From the NCBI GenBank assembly GCA_034189385.1, contig JAXHVD010000003.1, positions 96,001-160,000 on the forward strand: a stretch of DNA of 64,000 nucleotides. Direction: 5' to 3'. Below the pieces are notes generated by a model that had not been told where the DNA came from, made no database searches, and worked only from the letters and a program-made list of their open reading frames with translations. Made by a program: the position numbers and the translations under genes. Below, piece by piece: positions 1 to 9,559 of this stretch (position 1 is its first letter; the number at the start of each line of letters is the position of its first letter). The DNA is from Thermodesulfobacteriota bacterium (GTDB lineage: Bacteria; Desulfobacterota; Desulfobacteria; Desulfobacterales; C00003060).

Positions 1-161
1 TCGAGGTCCATCTTTCCAATATCTACCAGCGAGAGACCTTCAGGCACCGATCCTTTGTTTCAGATGTGGCCACGGCCCGGGTGGCGGGTTTTGGTAAAGA
101 GGGCTATATGATGGCCGTACGGGCTTTGTCGGATATGGTGAAAGAAGGATCAGGGCATTAG
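1..161 (+). CDS. aroQ: Type II 3-dehydroquinate dehydratase, 3' part (truncated by window edge)
   Basis: Frame starting at base 3 reads [20 protein letters not shown]...AGFGKEGY to TAG 159-161; EVHxSN..RE.FRH.S is the AroQ signature; directly upstream of aroK/aroC. Confidence 0.93.
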   Translation, partial: EVHLSNIYQRETFRHRSFVSDVATARVAGFGKEGYMMAVRALSDMVKEGSGH

Positions 162-164
162 GAG

Positions 165-677
165 ATGAACATCATTCTGATCGGATACAGGGGAACGGGC
201 AAGACGGTTGTAGGGAGGGCCCTTTCCAAAAGGCTTGGCAGGCCCTTTTTTGACGCAGATGACTATGTTGAAGAAAAGGCCGGCAGGACGATCAGCGACC
301 TGGTGGCAAAGGAAGGGTGGCCCTTTTTTCGGGCAAGAGAAAAGGAAGCCATCCGGCAGCTCTCTGACATGGACGACTGCGTGATCGCTCCGGGCGGGGG
401 GGCCATCATGGACAAAGAGAATGTGGCCTTTCTTGGTAATAAGGGGTGGTTTGTCCTCCTTGAGGCCGACATTGACACCATGATTCAGAGGATTCAGGGC
501 GATGAGGCAAGCTCAGAGCAGCGGCCCGATCTGTTGGGGGGCGACATATATGAAGAAACCCAGACGGTGCTAAAAGAGCGGATGCCTGTCTACGAAGATG
601 TTGCGGACATCTCCGTGGATACGTCACAGTTGTCCATCGATGAAGTGGTGGAAAAGATCGTTCAGCAGTTGCAGTGA
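165..677 (+). CDS. aroK: Shikimate kinase
   Basis: Walker A GYRGTGKT, DAD, EGW..FR..E, GGG, RP motif; within aro cluster. Confidence 0.95.
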   Translation: MNIILIGYRGTGKTVVGRALSKRLGRPFFDADDYVEEKAGRTISDLVAKEGWPFFRAREKEAIRQLSDMDDCVIAPGGGAIMDKENVAFLGNKGWFVLLEADIDTMIQRIQGDEASSEQRPDLLGGDIYEETQTVLKERMPVYEDVADISVDTSQLSIDEVVEKIVQQLQ

Positions 678-696
678 AGAATGGATGGGAGGTCTT

Positions 697-1749
697 ATGG
701 CAGGTAACACCTTTGGCAAAGCCTTTGCGGTAACGACCTGGGGTGAATCCCATGGAAGAGCCCTGGGGGTCGTCATTGACGGCTGTCCCCCCCAATTTCC
801 CCTCACAGAATCGGACATTCAAGACGCTCTGGACAAAAGACGGCCCGGAAGGGGGCCCTCAAGTACCCCAAGGCGGGAGCCGGACAGGGTGGAGATCCTC
901 TCCGGCGTCTTCGAGGGAAAGACCACGGGAACGCCCATCTTGCTTATCATCTACAACAAGGATGCAGACAGCAGGTCTTACAGCGCCATCAAGGACTTGT
1001 TCAGGCCTGGTCACGGAGACCTTACCTACCAGAAGAAATACGGAATACGTGACTACCGGGGAGGCGGCAGGGCCTCTGGTAGAGAGACCGTGGCCAGGGT
1101 GGCAGCCGGGGCTGTGGCAGGCGTGGTCCTCCGTGAAGAGGGCATTGACGTGCAGGCCTACACCTTGGAACTTGCAGGGATCAGGGCCGAGGGCGTAGAC
1201 CCAGGGGCGGTGAGTAGGAACGTCTTCTTTGCCCCGGACCTGGAAGCGGCGGACCGAATGGCAGAGAGGATAAAAGAGATCAAGGCCGCAGGCAATTCGG
1301 CCGGCGGAGTGGTGGAAGTGCGGGTCAGGGGGTGTCCGGCCGGACTGGGGGAACCTGTCTTTGACAAACTGGATGCAGAGCTGGCAAAGGCCCTCATGAG
1401 CATCGGGGCGGTGAAGGCCGTTGAAGTGGGGGTGGGCCTAGAGGCAGCCAGGCTGCTCGGTTCTGAATGCAATGACGAGATCACGCCCCAAGGATTCGTC
1501 ACCAACCGTTCTGGAGGAATACTGGCAGGGATCTCAAATGGCGATGAGATTGTGGCAAGGGCTGCCGTGAAACCCATATCCTCCATTGAGATTGAACAGA
1601 AGACCATTGATATCCGTTCAAGACCCACTACCATCTCTGTGAAGGGGCGCCATGACGTCTCCGCCATCCCCAGGATCGTGCCTGTGTGCGAGGCCATGGT
1701 CAGGCTGGTCATTGCGGATCATCTCTTAAGGCAGAGACAGGTGAGGTGA
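697..1749 (+). CDS. aroC: Chorismate synthase
   Basis: MAGNTFG, GESHG, RPGHGD, RGGGRASGRET, GRHD motifs; start placed at ATG 697 after GGAGG. Confidence 0.97.
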   Translation: MAGNTFGKAFAVTTWGESHGRALGVVIDGCPPQFPLTESDIQDALDKRRPGRGPSSTPRREPDRVEILSGVFEGKTTGTPILLIIYNKDADSRSYSAIKDLFRPGHGDLTYQKKYGIRDYRGGGRASGRETVARVAAGAVAGVVLREEGIDVQAYTLELAGIRAEGVDPGAVSRNVFFAPDLEAADRMAERIKEIKAAGNSAGGVVEVRVRGCPAGLGEPVFDKLDAELAKALMSIGAVKAVEVGVGLEAARLLGSECNDEITPQGFVTNRSGGILAGISNGDEIVARAAVKPISSIEIEQKTIDIRSRPTTISVKGRHDVSAIPRIVPVCEAMVRLVIADHLLRQRQVR

Positions 1750-1855
1750 GAAAGGCCATGACCATATATGAATGGCCTAGTCTGTGGGCTTGTACTTGCC
1801 GATGGCATCGCAAAACCAGCGCGCCTCAGGCTATTCTTCTGCACGAAGAGCCGCT

Positions 1856-2788
1856 TCAGGGGTGATTTTTATGGGCCGGCGGCTCTTCGCCGCCCGAGAG
1901 GTATTTGCGGGCGGCATTTGAGATTGCCGTAACGGCAGGGTGCTTGATAATGCGCTCAAAAGTAATGGCATAGAAACGTTCACGCACCTTGTTAGCACGT
2001 CCCACTACCTGCACATCATGCTGGCGCTCCACTTCCTTTTCGATAACAGACGGAACGGCAAAGGCGCCGTCACCATGTTGACCGAATGCTTTCAGCAGGG
2101 CACTGTCTTCGAATTCACCCACAATCATCGGTTTAAGTCCATGAGAGGCAAACCACCTCTCCAGTTCTTCTCTCAAGGCCGACATGGGCAGTGGAAGAAG
2201 CATGGGTGCTCCGTCAAGTGATTCTGGGAACCGGGGCCGAAGCCGTTTTGCCAGCTTCTTTATCGCGAAGAACGTCACGCCGCATTCTCCCAGATAATGA
2301 TTGTACACTTTGATGCTCATGCCCTTTTGTGTGGGGGAGTCACTTAAGACAATGTCCAGATGGTGCATGGCCAGGTCGGCAAGCAACCTCTCCAGCTTGT
2401 TCTCATAACAGACCAGATGCACAGGCTCCGAAAGAGACAACGCGGGCTCCAAAATTCTGCGGGCGATCAACTTCGGGAAGGCATCTACCACCCCCGCCTT
2501 CAATGACAGAGGGCCGACCATGGGGCGGCCCTGAACGGTGTCCATCATCTCTCGGCCCAGAGAAAAGATTTCATCGGCATAGCGGAAAACCAGGTGCCCC
2601 AGGTCAGTAGGTTCGAGACGCCGTCCTGTGCGACGGAAGAGTTTGCCCCCCAGGGTCTCTTCCAGCTTTCCAACTTGCGCACTGACAGTCGACGGCGATA
2701 GACGGAGCTTTTCACAAGCAGCTGTCACGCTCCCTTCCCGCATGACCGCCCAGAAGTATAGGAGATGATGATAGTTGAGCCATTCCAT
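1856..2788 (-). CDS. nhaR: LysR-family transcriptional activator NhaR
   Basis: N-terminus MEWLNYHHLLYFW, YADEIFSLGRE, GEFEDSALLKAFG and ERIIKHPAV are characteristic of the NhaR subfamily. Confidence 0.9.
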   Translation of the reverse strand: MEWLNYHHLLYFWAVMREGSVTAACEKLRLSPSTVSAQVGKLEETLGGKLFRRTGRRLEPTDLGHLVFRYADEIFSLGREMMDTVQGRPMVGPLSLKAGVVDAFPKLIARRILEPALSLSEPVHLVCYENKLERLLADLAMHHLDIVLSDSPTQKGMSIKVYNHYLGECGVTFFAIKKLAKRLRPRFPESLDGAPMLLPLPMSALREELERWFASHGLKPMIVGEFEDSALLKAFGQHGDGAFAVPSVIEKEVERQHDVQVVGRANKVRERFYAITFERIIKHPAVTAISNAARKYLSGGEEPPAHKNHP

Positions 2789-2804
2789 AAGGAGACCCCC
2801 TTCA

Positions 2805-2819
2805 TTCGATTTTTACGAA
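2805..2819. promoter_or_regulatory. LysR-type (T-N11-A) operator, candidate NhaR box
   Basis: Dyad TTCG-ATTTTTA-CGAA just upstream of the nhaR start, followed by an AT-rich tract and TATAGT (2865-2870) on the + strand. Confidence 0.55.
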
Positions 2820-3017
2820 AGAATATGCCACAATTTTCTAATAGATAAAACTATTTTTTTTCTTTATAGTTCCACTGCTTGGCCGCGAACAGCAGGAATG
2901 AGCATGGTGTTGCTAACCTTTACGGACGCTTGGGTAAATGGAACAGCTACCATGACTTGCCACGTGTTAGCAGCTAGCAACATATTGGCTTCAAATTTTG
3001 AAGGGAGGTGACACGAG

Positions 3018-3128
3018 ATGGAACTTCCATTGGCAGGATGGATTGAATGGGCAGTAACCGGCGGGGCTACGGCTATTGGTGTTGTCGCTTTACAGATCAT
3101 TGGCCGTATCCAAAACCGTAAGGAATAG
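3018..3128 (+). CDS. 36-aa predicted single-pass membrane microprotein (not in ORF track)
   Basis: AAGGGAGGTG RBS 7 nt before ATG; MELPLAGWIEWAVTGGATAIGVVALQIIGRIQNRKE*, hydrophobic core followed by a basic tail. Confidence 0.6.
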   Translation: MELPLAGWIEWAVTGGATAIGVVALQIIGRIQNRKE

Positions 3129-3360
3129 AGAGGGTGCGAACCTGAATCCTGGAGTGCTTCCACCCATGCTGAGAAAATAGAGCTTCGGGGGAAGCACTGT
3201 TCATGTTGTGCGAAAACTCGAAATCGCTTAAGACGCAGGCGTGTGGTTTTGTGCGTAGAGAGACGCATCCATTTCTCTTCGCTCCACTCAATGAGTGGGC
3301 GCGCACCTGTTGCCCCAGCCATTCGCAACGTTGAACGCTGCGAACTGTGCATATTCTCAA

Positions 3361-3431
3361 CCTTCCGCCCTACGCCTGATGCCTCTTTCCTCATCTCCTC
3401 CACCTAAAACATGGAACCTAACACCTAAAAC
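3361..3431. repeat. Degenerate 7-nt tandem repeats
   Basis: ccttccg-ccctacg-cctgatg-cct (3361-3384) and cctaaaa-catggaa-cctaaca-cctaaaa (3403-3430). Confidence 0.45.
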
Positions 3432-3625
3432 GGTTGCCATCATCCCCTCCGCCCACCGAAAAACATAATCATGGTTGTTCCTAGCCCCCATTAAAAGAGT
3501 TTTGACTTTTTCGCAAAAAACAATTTCAAAAATTTGGGAAGGTAGATATATAAAAGCAGAGATCAAATACACCCGCGAACGGCGGGGGCCACCTAGGGCC
3601 GTCTCCAAATCCCCAAAAAAATATG

Positions 3626-3658
3626 TTGTCATTTTCCACAAAAGCTGTATGATGCGCC
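3626..3658 (+). promoter_or_regulatory. Sigma70-type promoter for the DEAD-box helicase-typA operon
   Basis: TTGTCA-16 nt-TATGAT with an upstream A-tract and a GC-rich discriminator (GCGCC). Confidence 0.55.
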
Positions 3659-4027
3659 TTCGACTGCTTAACAACCCCATGGCAGGGCTTTACTGGACAC
3701 AGGTTTATAACAGATCCTGCCATTGAGTTCTCATCGATCACTGCCCCCCTTGCTCTCAGCAATCCCCTGAAATTGCGGTAGAACGACTGGTTGGCGACGA
3801 CGATGTGCTTTTGCCAGTCTTATCAGTGCGGCTGCCGTAAATCCAAATCAGGACATAGGGTTGTCCTGCGGCTTGTCCCCTAACCACGTTTTTGTCTCGG
3901 AATGGCTACCCGGTTTCGACTTGAACCACGTTGAGGGATGGGGCTTTTCGTCCTTTCACCATGGTTGTTGTTGCCCTGGCCAAGCCACCCGCTTCAGAAC
4001 AGGAAATTGTAAGGAGAATATTATATT

Positions 4028-5377
4028 ATGTCTTTTGAGGATTTGAAGTTGGCTTTCCCTATCCTGAGAGCCCTTAAGGAATGCGGTTATACCACTCCCA
4101 CACCCGTCCAGGCCCGCTCTATCCCAAAGGTCCTGGCCGGACGGGACCTGATTGCCTCTGCCCAGACCGGCACGGGCAAGACCGCAGCCTTTGTATTGCC
4201 CGGCCTCCAGCGCCTGAGCGCTCCCACTGGGGACCGAAAACGCGGTCCCCGAGCGCTGGTGCTGACTCCTACCCGCGAGTTGGCTGAGCAGATCACGCAG
4301 TCAGCCCGCGTCTACGGCAAATACCTGCGTGTTACAAGCACTTCCATTGTGGGTGGCATGCCTTATCCCAAGCAACTCAGGGCATTGTCCAAGTCGCCCG
4401 ACCTGGTCATCGCAACCCCTGGGCGCCTCCTTGACCACCTGGAGCGCAGACGGATCAATCTCTCTAGTCTGGAACTACTGGTGCTGGACGAGGCCGATCG
4501 TATGCTCGATATGGGATTTATCGAGGACGTGGAGAGAATTGTTGCCAGTGCGCCAGCCCGACGCCAGACGCTCTTATTTGCGGCCACACTGAACAGCACC
4601 ATCGTCAAATTGGCTGGGCGAATCCTAGACAATCCAGAACGCGTTCAGATTGCGGCCATAAAGATCACCCATGAACGTATCGAACAGCGTCTGCACGTGG
4701 CCGATAACCTTGAGCATAAGCACCGCATGCTGAAGCACCTCATCTCTGACCCCGCCATGAAAAAGGCCATTATCTTCTCAGCCACCAAAAGGGACGCGGA
4801 TAATTTGGCCCGCGATCTTCACGCCCAGGGCCACGCCGCTTCTGCACTCCACGGCGACATGACCCAGAGTGCTAGAAATCGCACCATGAGCAACATGCGG
4901 CGGGGAAAAATCAGGCTGCTGGTGGCAACGGATGTGGCCGCACGGGGTATCGACGTGGCTGGTATCAGCCATATCATTAACTTTGATCTGCCAAAATGTG
5001 CTGAAGATTACGTCCACCGCATAGGCCGCACCGGCAGGGCCGGAGCCTCAGGTATCGCTATCTCCTTTGCATCCTCCAGGGAACTCAATGAGCTCTGCCG
5101 GATTGAACGCTATGTAGGCGAGACCCTGCCAGAGCACGTGGTCCCGGGGCTTGAACCCAGGCGTTCACTGCGGCACATGACGGTAAAAAGGAATGGAGGC
5201 TGGCAGCCGCGGGTTCAACGAAACGGGCGAAGGGCACGAACCTTTGGCAAAAAGGGCAGTGCCGTGACTGCCGGGTTCGCCAGAGACAAGAAAAGGGGAT
5301 TTCCAAAAAAGGAAAAGGAAGTGATCATAGAGTACCGTGACAGGAAAGAAAGTAGGCGGCAGAGGAGGGCGGGCTGA
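4028..5377 (+). CDS. DEAD-box ATP-dependent RNA helicase (RhlE-like)
   Basis: Q motif GYTTPTPVQ, AQTGTGKT, PTRELA, TPGRL, DEAD, motif III variant FAAT, ARGID, HRIGRTGR; basic C-terminal tail. Confidence 0.95.
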   Translation: MSFEDLKLAFPILRALKECGYTTPTPVQARSIPKVLAGRDLIASAQTGTGKTAAFVLPGLQRLSAPTGDRKRGPRALVLTPTRELAEQITQSARVYGKYLRVTSTSIVGGMPYPKQLRALSKSPDLVIATPGRLLDHLERRRINLSSLELLVLDEADRMLDMGFIEDVERIVASAPARRQTLLFAATLNSTIVKLAGRILDNPERVQIAAIKITHERIEQRLHVADNLEHKHRMLKHLISDPAMKKAIIFSATKRDADNLARDLHAQGHAASALHGDMTQSARNRTMSNMRRGKIRLLVATDVAARGIDVAGISHIINFDLPKCAEDYVHRIGRTGRAGASGIAISFASSRELNELCRIERYVGETLPEHVVPGLEPRRSLRHMTVKRNGGWQPRVQRNGRRARTFGKKGSAVTAGFARDKKRGFPKKEKEVIIEYRDRKESRRQRRAG

Positions 5378-5380
5378 GCC

Positions 5381-7189
5381 ATGGACCAGAAGTTGATTAG
5401 AAACATAGCCATAATAGCCCATGTAGATCACGGCAAGACTACCCTTGTGGACCAGTTCTTTAAGCAGAGCGGCATGTTTCGGGACAACCAAGCCATGACC
5501 GAACGGCTCATGGATTCCATGGACCTGGAGAGGGAACGGGGAATCACCATAGCCGCCAAGAACGGCTCTTTCCGGCACAGGGATTATGTGATCAATATTA
5601 TCGACACCCCGGGGCACGCCGATTTCGGCGGCCAGGTTGAGCGGGTGCTCCGCATGGCAGACGGCTGCCTGCTCCTAGTCGATGCCCAGGAAGGCCCCAT
5701 GCCGCAAACCTATTTCGTGCTGAAAAAGGCCCTGGCCATCTCCCTTCCAGTGCTGGTGGTGATCAACAAGATCGACAAGGCCGCGGCCCGGCCGCACTGG
5801 GCCATGGACCAGGTATTTGATCTCTTTGTCAAGCTGGAGGCACCGGATGAGCTGCTGGACTTCCCAGTGGTCTTTGCCTCAGCCAAGGCGGGGTATGCCC
5901 TAAACGATCCTGACGAGGCCATTGACGGTGCCTCCATGGTGCCGCTTTTTGAAAAGATCATCGCCCACATCCCGCCGCCCGCCGGGGACCCTCTGGACGT
6001 GCTCCAGCTCCAGGTGAATACCATTGATTACTCCCCTTATCTGGGCAAGCTCGGCATCGGCAAGGTGGCAAACGGCTCCATGAATATCAATCAGGATGTT
6101 GCGGTGGCAAAGCGGGACGGCAGCCTGGCACCGGCCCGCATCACCAAGATATTTCGCTTTGAGCGAGACCGGAAAGTACCCATCGACACAGCCAGGGCAG
6201 GGGAGATTGTGGCCGTGGCCGGCATGGACGACATCACCGTGGGCGTTACCTTTACCGACCCGGAGGACCCCAGGCCCCTGCCCCTTATCCATATCGACCC
6301 CCCCACCGTAGGGATGCATTTCATCCCCAACGATTCTCCCTTTGCCGGCCAGGAGAGCGAATTTGTCACCTCCCGCCACCTGGAAGAACGTCTCTTCCGG
6401 GAGACCCTGGCCGACGTGGCCCTCACCGTGGAATCCCTGGGAGCCGGGGCCGGTTTCAAGGTTTCCGGCCGCGGAGAGTTGCACCTTTCCATCCTCATCG
6501 AAAAGATGCGGCGAGAAGGGTACGAGTTCCAGGTGACCAGGCCCCAAGTCATCATGAAGGAAGAAGGGGGCCAGCTTCAGGAGCCTTTTGAGGAGCTCAC
6601 CATTGACGTGGACGAAGAGTACCAGGGTGCAGTCATTGAAAAGCTTGGCAGACTGAAAGGGCAGATGCTGGAGATGCACTGCCGCAACCACATCGTCCGG
6701 GTAGTCTACAAGGTTCCCACCCGCGGACTTATCGGCTTTCGGAGCGAATTTCTCACAGACACCAGGGGTACGGGCGTGATGAATTATGTCTTTGCCGGCT
6801 ACGGCCCCTTTGCGGGCGAGATCATAAACCGGAGCAGCGGCGTCCTTGTGGTCAAGGAGGCCTGCACCACCGTGGCCTATGCGCTCTTTAACCTCCAGGA
6901 GCGGGGGCGTCTTTTCCTGGGCCCAGGGGTCAAGGTCTACGGTGGCCAGATCATCGGTGAGCACTGCCGGACCGGCGATCTAGTGGTGAACCCCGCCAAA
7001 GGGAAGAAGCTCACGAACATGCGTGCGGCAGGATCTGATGAAAACGTCATCCTCACACCACCCCACCGCCTCAGCCTTGAGGACTGTCTTGCCTTTATCA
7101 ACGATGATGAACTGGTGGAGGTAACCCCAGCCGCCATTCGGCTGCGCGAGCGAAACGCATTCGTTCGGGAAAACGGCCCACGAAGCTGA
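5381..7189 (+). CDS. typA: Translational GTPase TypA/BipA
   Basis: [55 protein letters not shown]. Confidence 0.97.
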   Translation: MDQKLIRNIAIIAHVDHGKTTLVDQFFKQSGMFRDNQAMTERLMDSMDLERERGITIAAKNGSFRHRDYVINIIDTPGHADFGGQVERVLRMADGCLLLVDAQEGPMPQTYFVLKKALAISLPVLVVINKIDKAAARPHWAMDQVFDLFVKLEAPDELLDFPVVFASAKAGYALNDPDEAIDGASMVPLFEKIIAHIPPPAGDPLDVLQLQVNTIDYSPYLGKLGIGKVANGSMNINQDVAVAKRDGSLAPARITKIFRFERDRKVPIDTARAGEIVAVAGMDDITVGVTFTDPEDPRPLPLIHIDPPTVGMHFIPNDSPFAGQESEFVTSRHLEERLFRETLADVALTVESLGAGAGFKVSGRGELHLSILIEKMRREGYEFQVTRPQVIMKEEGGQLQEPFEELTIDVDEEYQGAVIEKLGRLKGQMLEMHCRNHIVRVVYKVPTRGLIGFRSEFLTDTRGTGVMNYVFAGYGPFAGEIINRSSGVLVVKEACTTVAYALFNLQERGRLFLGPGVKVYGGQIIGEHCRTGDLVVNPAKGKKLTNMRAAGSDENVILTPPHRLSLEDCLAFINDDELVEVTPAAIRLRERNAFVRENGPRS

Positions 7190-7344
7190 CTATGTTAAAC
7201 CGCAGCGACCCCCATGCCCGCTTCTCTCCATACCGCGCGGGGTCGAGGTTCTTCTTCTTAGCGGCTGCAACGTAGACGTGAAAGTTAACGAGATTCTGGA
7301 CCGGGGCCTCAAGGAACGAGTAGCAAGAAAGGGAAGACGGCTTC

Positions 7345-7803
7345 TTACGAAACCGTCAAAACTGTAATCGCCTCAACTGCCTGGTCTGGCGTGGTGACAT
7401 ATTGGATCCCTTTCATATCAGGCCATGTGTGGAGTCCAATGACCGGCTTTCCCAGTTTCAGCCCAATACTGATCTCAGACAGGGTGCCATAGCCCCCTGA
7501 GACGGCGACCAGGATATCTGCCGTTCTTACGATCAATATGTTTCGGGCATGACCCAGGTCTGTCACGATGGGGATCATGACATAGGGATTAGCCTCACCC
7601 CTGTCAGCCCCTGGAAGGATGCCCACGGTCTGTCCGCCTGCCTCATAGGCCCCCTGGCAAGCCCCTTCCATGACGCCGCCCAAGCCGCCACAGACCAGAG
7701 TGGCACCGGTCTCTGCGATGCCGGCCCCGACCCTTCTTGCCTGCTCATAAACCGTCTCATCGCAGTGGCCTGCCCCGATCACGCCGATCATTCTCATGGC
7801 CAT
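7345..7803 (-). CDS. TIGR00725 / LOG-like Rossmann-fold protein
   Basis: IGVIG, CGGLGGVMEG, VGILPG, ARN, GGYGTLSEI motifs. Confidence 0.85.
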   Translation of the reverse strand: MAMRMIGVIGAGHCDETVYEQARRVGAGIAETGATLVCGGLGGVMEGACQGAYEAGGQTVGILPGADRGEANPYVMIPIVTDLGHARNILIVRTADILVAVSGGYGTLSEISIGLKLGKPVIGLHTWPDMKGIQYVTTPDQAVEAITVLTVS

Positions 7804-7890
7804 CTCCTTTCCTTTCTTCTCCTTGACGGAGTGGTAGCGGCCTGGGTACCTTAGCCCGAGGGTGGCCCCTTAGCACCGCCGAGCCAAGAC

Positions 7891-9228
7891 ATGGAGAAAG
7901 ACGCCCCTCACATCCTTTTGATCAATCCCTGGATTCATGATTTCGCGGCCTATGATTTCTGGGCCAAACCGCTGGGGCTGCTGACGATTGCGGCCATCCT
8001 GCACACCCAGGGCTACAGCATCACCTACATTGACTGTCTGGATCGCTTTCATCCAGAGTTGCCTCCATCCCAGAAGACGGGCGCGTTCGGCAAGGGACAT
8101 TACCTTAAAAGCCCCATCCCCAAACCTGACACCCTGCCCGACGTTGCTCGCACCTACAGCCGTTACGGTATTCCAGAGGCCCCTTTTCGAAAAAGCTTGG
8201 AGCAGGGACCCAAGCCTGATGTGGTCTTGGTGACCTCTCTCATGACGTACTGGTATCCAGGTGTCTTTGCCGTCATCAAGATCGTCCGTGAAATGATGCC
8301 CGAAGTCCCCGTGCTGCTCGGAGGCATCTATGCCACCTTGTGCCACGACCATGCGGTCAAATATGCCGGTGCCGACCAGGTCCTTGCCGGCGCCGATGAG
8401 GGCGCCCTTTTGGATCTCCTTGACCGCATGACCGGCTATAGGACCAGACGTCAGTTTGTCCCTAACGACCTGGATACCTATCCCTATCCGGCCTTTGATC
8501 TGCAACACGCGATCTCCTATATTCCCATCCTCACGAGCCGCGGCTGCCCCTTTCGTTGTGCCTACTGTGCCTCAGGATTTCTGAACAGCCGATTCACCCG
8601 AAGGTCCCCTGACCATGTGATAGAGGAGATTGTATACTGGCACGAAAAGCATTCTGTCAAAGATTTTGCCTTCTATGATGACGCCCTTCTCATTGACGGG
8701 GACCATCACATCATGCCAATCTTGGAAGGGGTCATAAGGCGCGGAATCTCCGTGCGGTTTCACACGCCCAATGCCTTGCACATCAGGCCCATCACGAAAG
8801 AGATCGCAGATTTACTCTTTCGTGCAGGATTCGAAACGATCCGCCTCGGCCTGGAAACCGCCTTTTTTGACCATAGAGAAACCCTGGACAGCAAGGTGGG
8901 GCCCAGGGAATTTGAGCGGGCAGTGCGTTTATTGAAGAAGGCAGGCTTTCAAGAAGGGCAGATGGGCGCCTATCTCCTGTTCGGCCTACCAGGACAGGAC
9001 CTTGAAGAACTGAAGGCATCCATAAAGATCGTAAAAGGCTATGGGGTAAGGCCGGTGCTGGCCCAGTATTCGCCCATTCCCCACACGACGCTCTGGAAAG
9101 ATGCTGTCACCGCATCGCGCTATGACCTGGCCTCAGATCCCCTGTTTCACAACAATTCCATCTTCCCTTGTCAGAAAGAACCCTTCTCCTGGGAAAAGGT
9201 GGCCTTGCTGAAAAGGCTGACACAGTAA
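7891..9228 (+). CDS. Cobalamin-binding radical SAM protein
   Basis: LLINPWIHDFAAYD.W.KPLGLL N-terminal B12-binding domain, GGIYAT, SRGCPFRCAYC (CxxxCxxC). Confidence 0.9.
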   Translation: MEKDAPHILLINPWIHDFAAYDFWAKPLGLLTIAAILHTQGYSITYIDCLDRFHPELPPSQKTGAFGKGHYLKSPIPKPDTLPDVARTYSRYGIPEAPFRKSLEQGPKPDVVLVTSLMTYWYPGVFAVIKIVREMMPEVPVLLGGIYATLCHDHAVKYAGADQVLAGADEGALLDLLDRMTGYRTRRQFVPNDLDTYPYPAFDLQHAISYIPILTSRGCPFRCAYCASGFLNSRFTRRSPDHVIEEIVYWHEKHSVKDFAFYDDALLIDGDHHIMPILEGVIRRGISVRFHTPNALHIRPITKEIADLLFRAGFETIRLGLETAFFDHRETLDSKVGPREFERAVRLLKKAGFQEGQMGAYLLFGLPGQDLEELKASIKIVKGYGVRPVLAQYSPIPHTTLWKDAVTASRYDLASDPLFHNNSIFPCQKEPFSWEKVALLKRLTQ

Positions 9229-9559
9229 CTGAACGAAAGGCCTCACTGAAAGATCAAGTCTCGCACCCATATCAACCATTTGAAATAAAAGCTAAAAGCA
9301 TACCGAGGTTTCTAGGAAAAGGCAGGGTATTCTATGCAACAGAAGCCTCGGGATGGGGGAAATCCGCTTCGCTTCGGCCTCCAATGCCTTTTGGTAGCCG
9401 TGAGGAGATTGTGGGTGGCAGGTGTTGCCAAATCCGGGGGCGCAAGTCCTGATCGGCCTGCAGTTAGAGGAAACGAGAGGTGCGACTTGAGTTTCTTATT
9501 TTGTTCAGAGCCGCTGTAAGGAGTTTTGATTTGGGCTAGAGCTCGATGAGCCGAAGGGC

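Noticed and set aside
2864..3403. 179-aa - strand ORF upstream of nhaR
   Set aside because: No recognisable domain or composition; overlaps the better-supported + strand microprotein and repeat tracts.
5900..6964. 354-aa - strand ORF, and similar long antisense ORFs at 57322-58167, 58715-59722 and 37721-38527
   Set aside because: All lie opposite well-supported genes and have no independent domain signatures.
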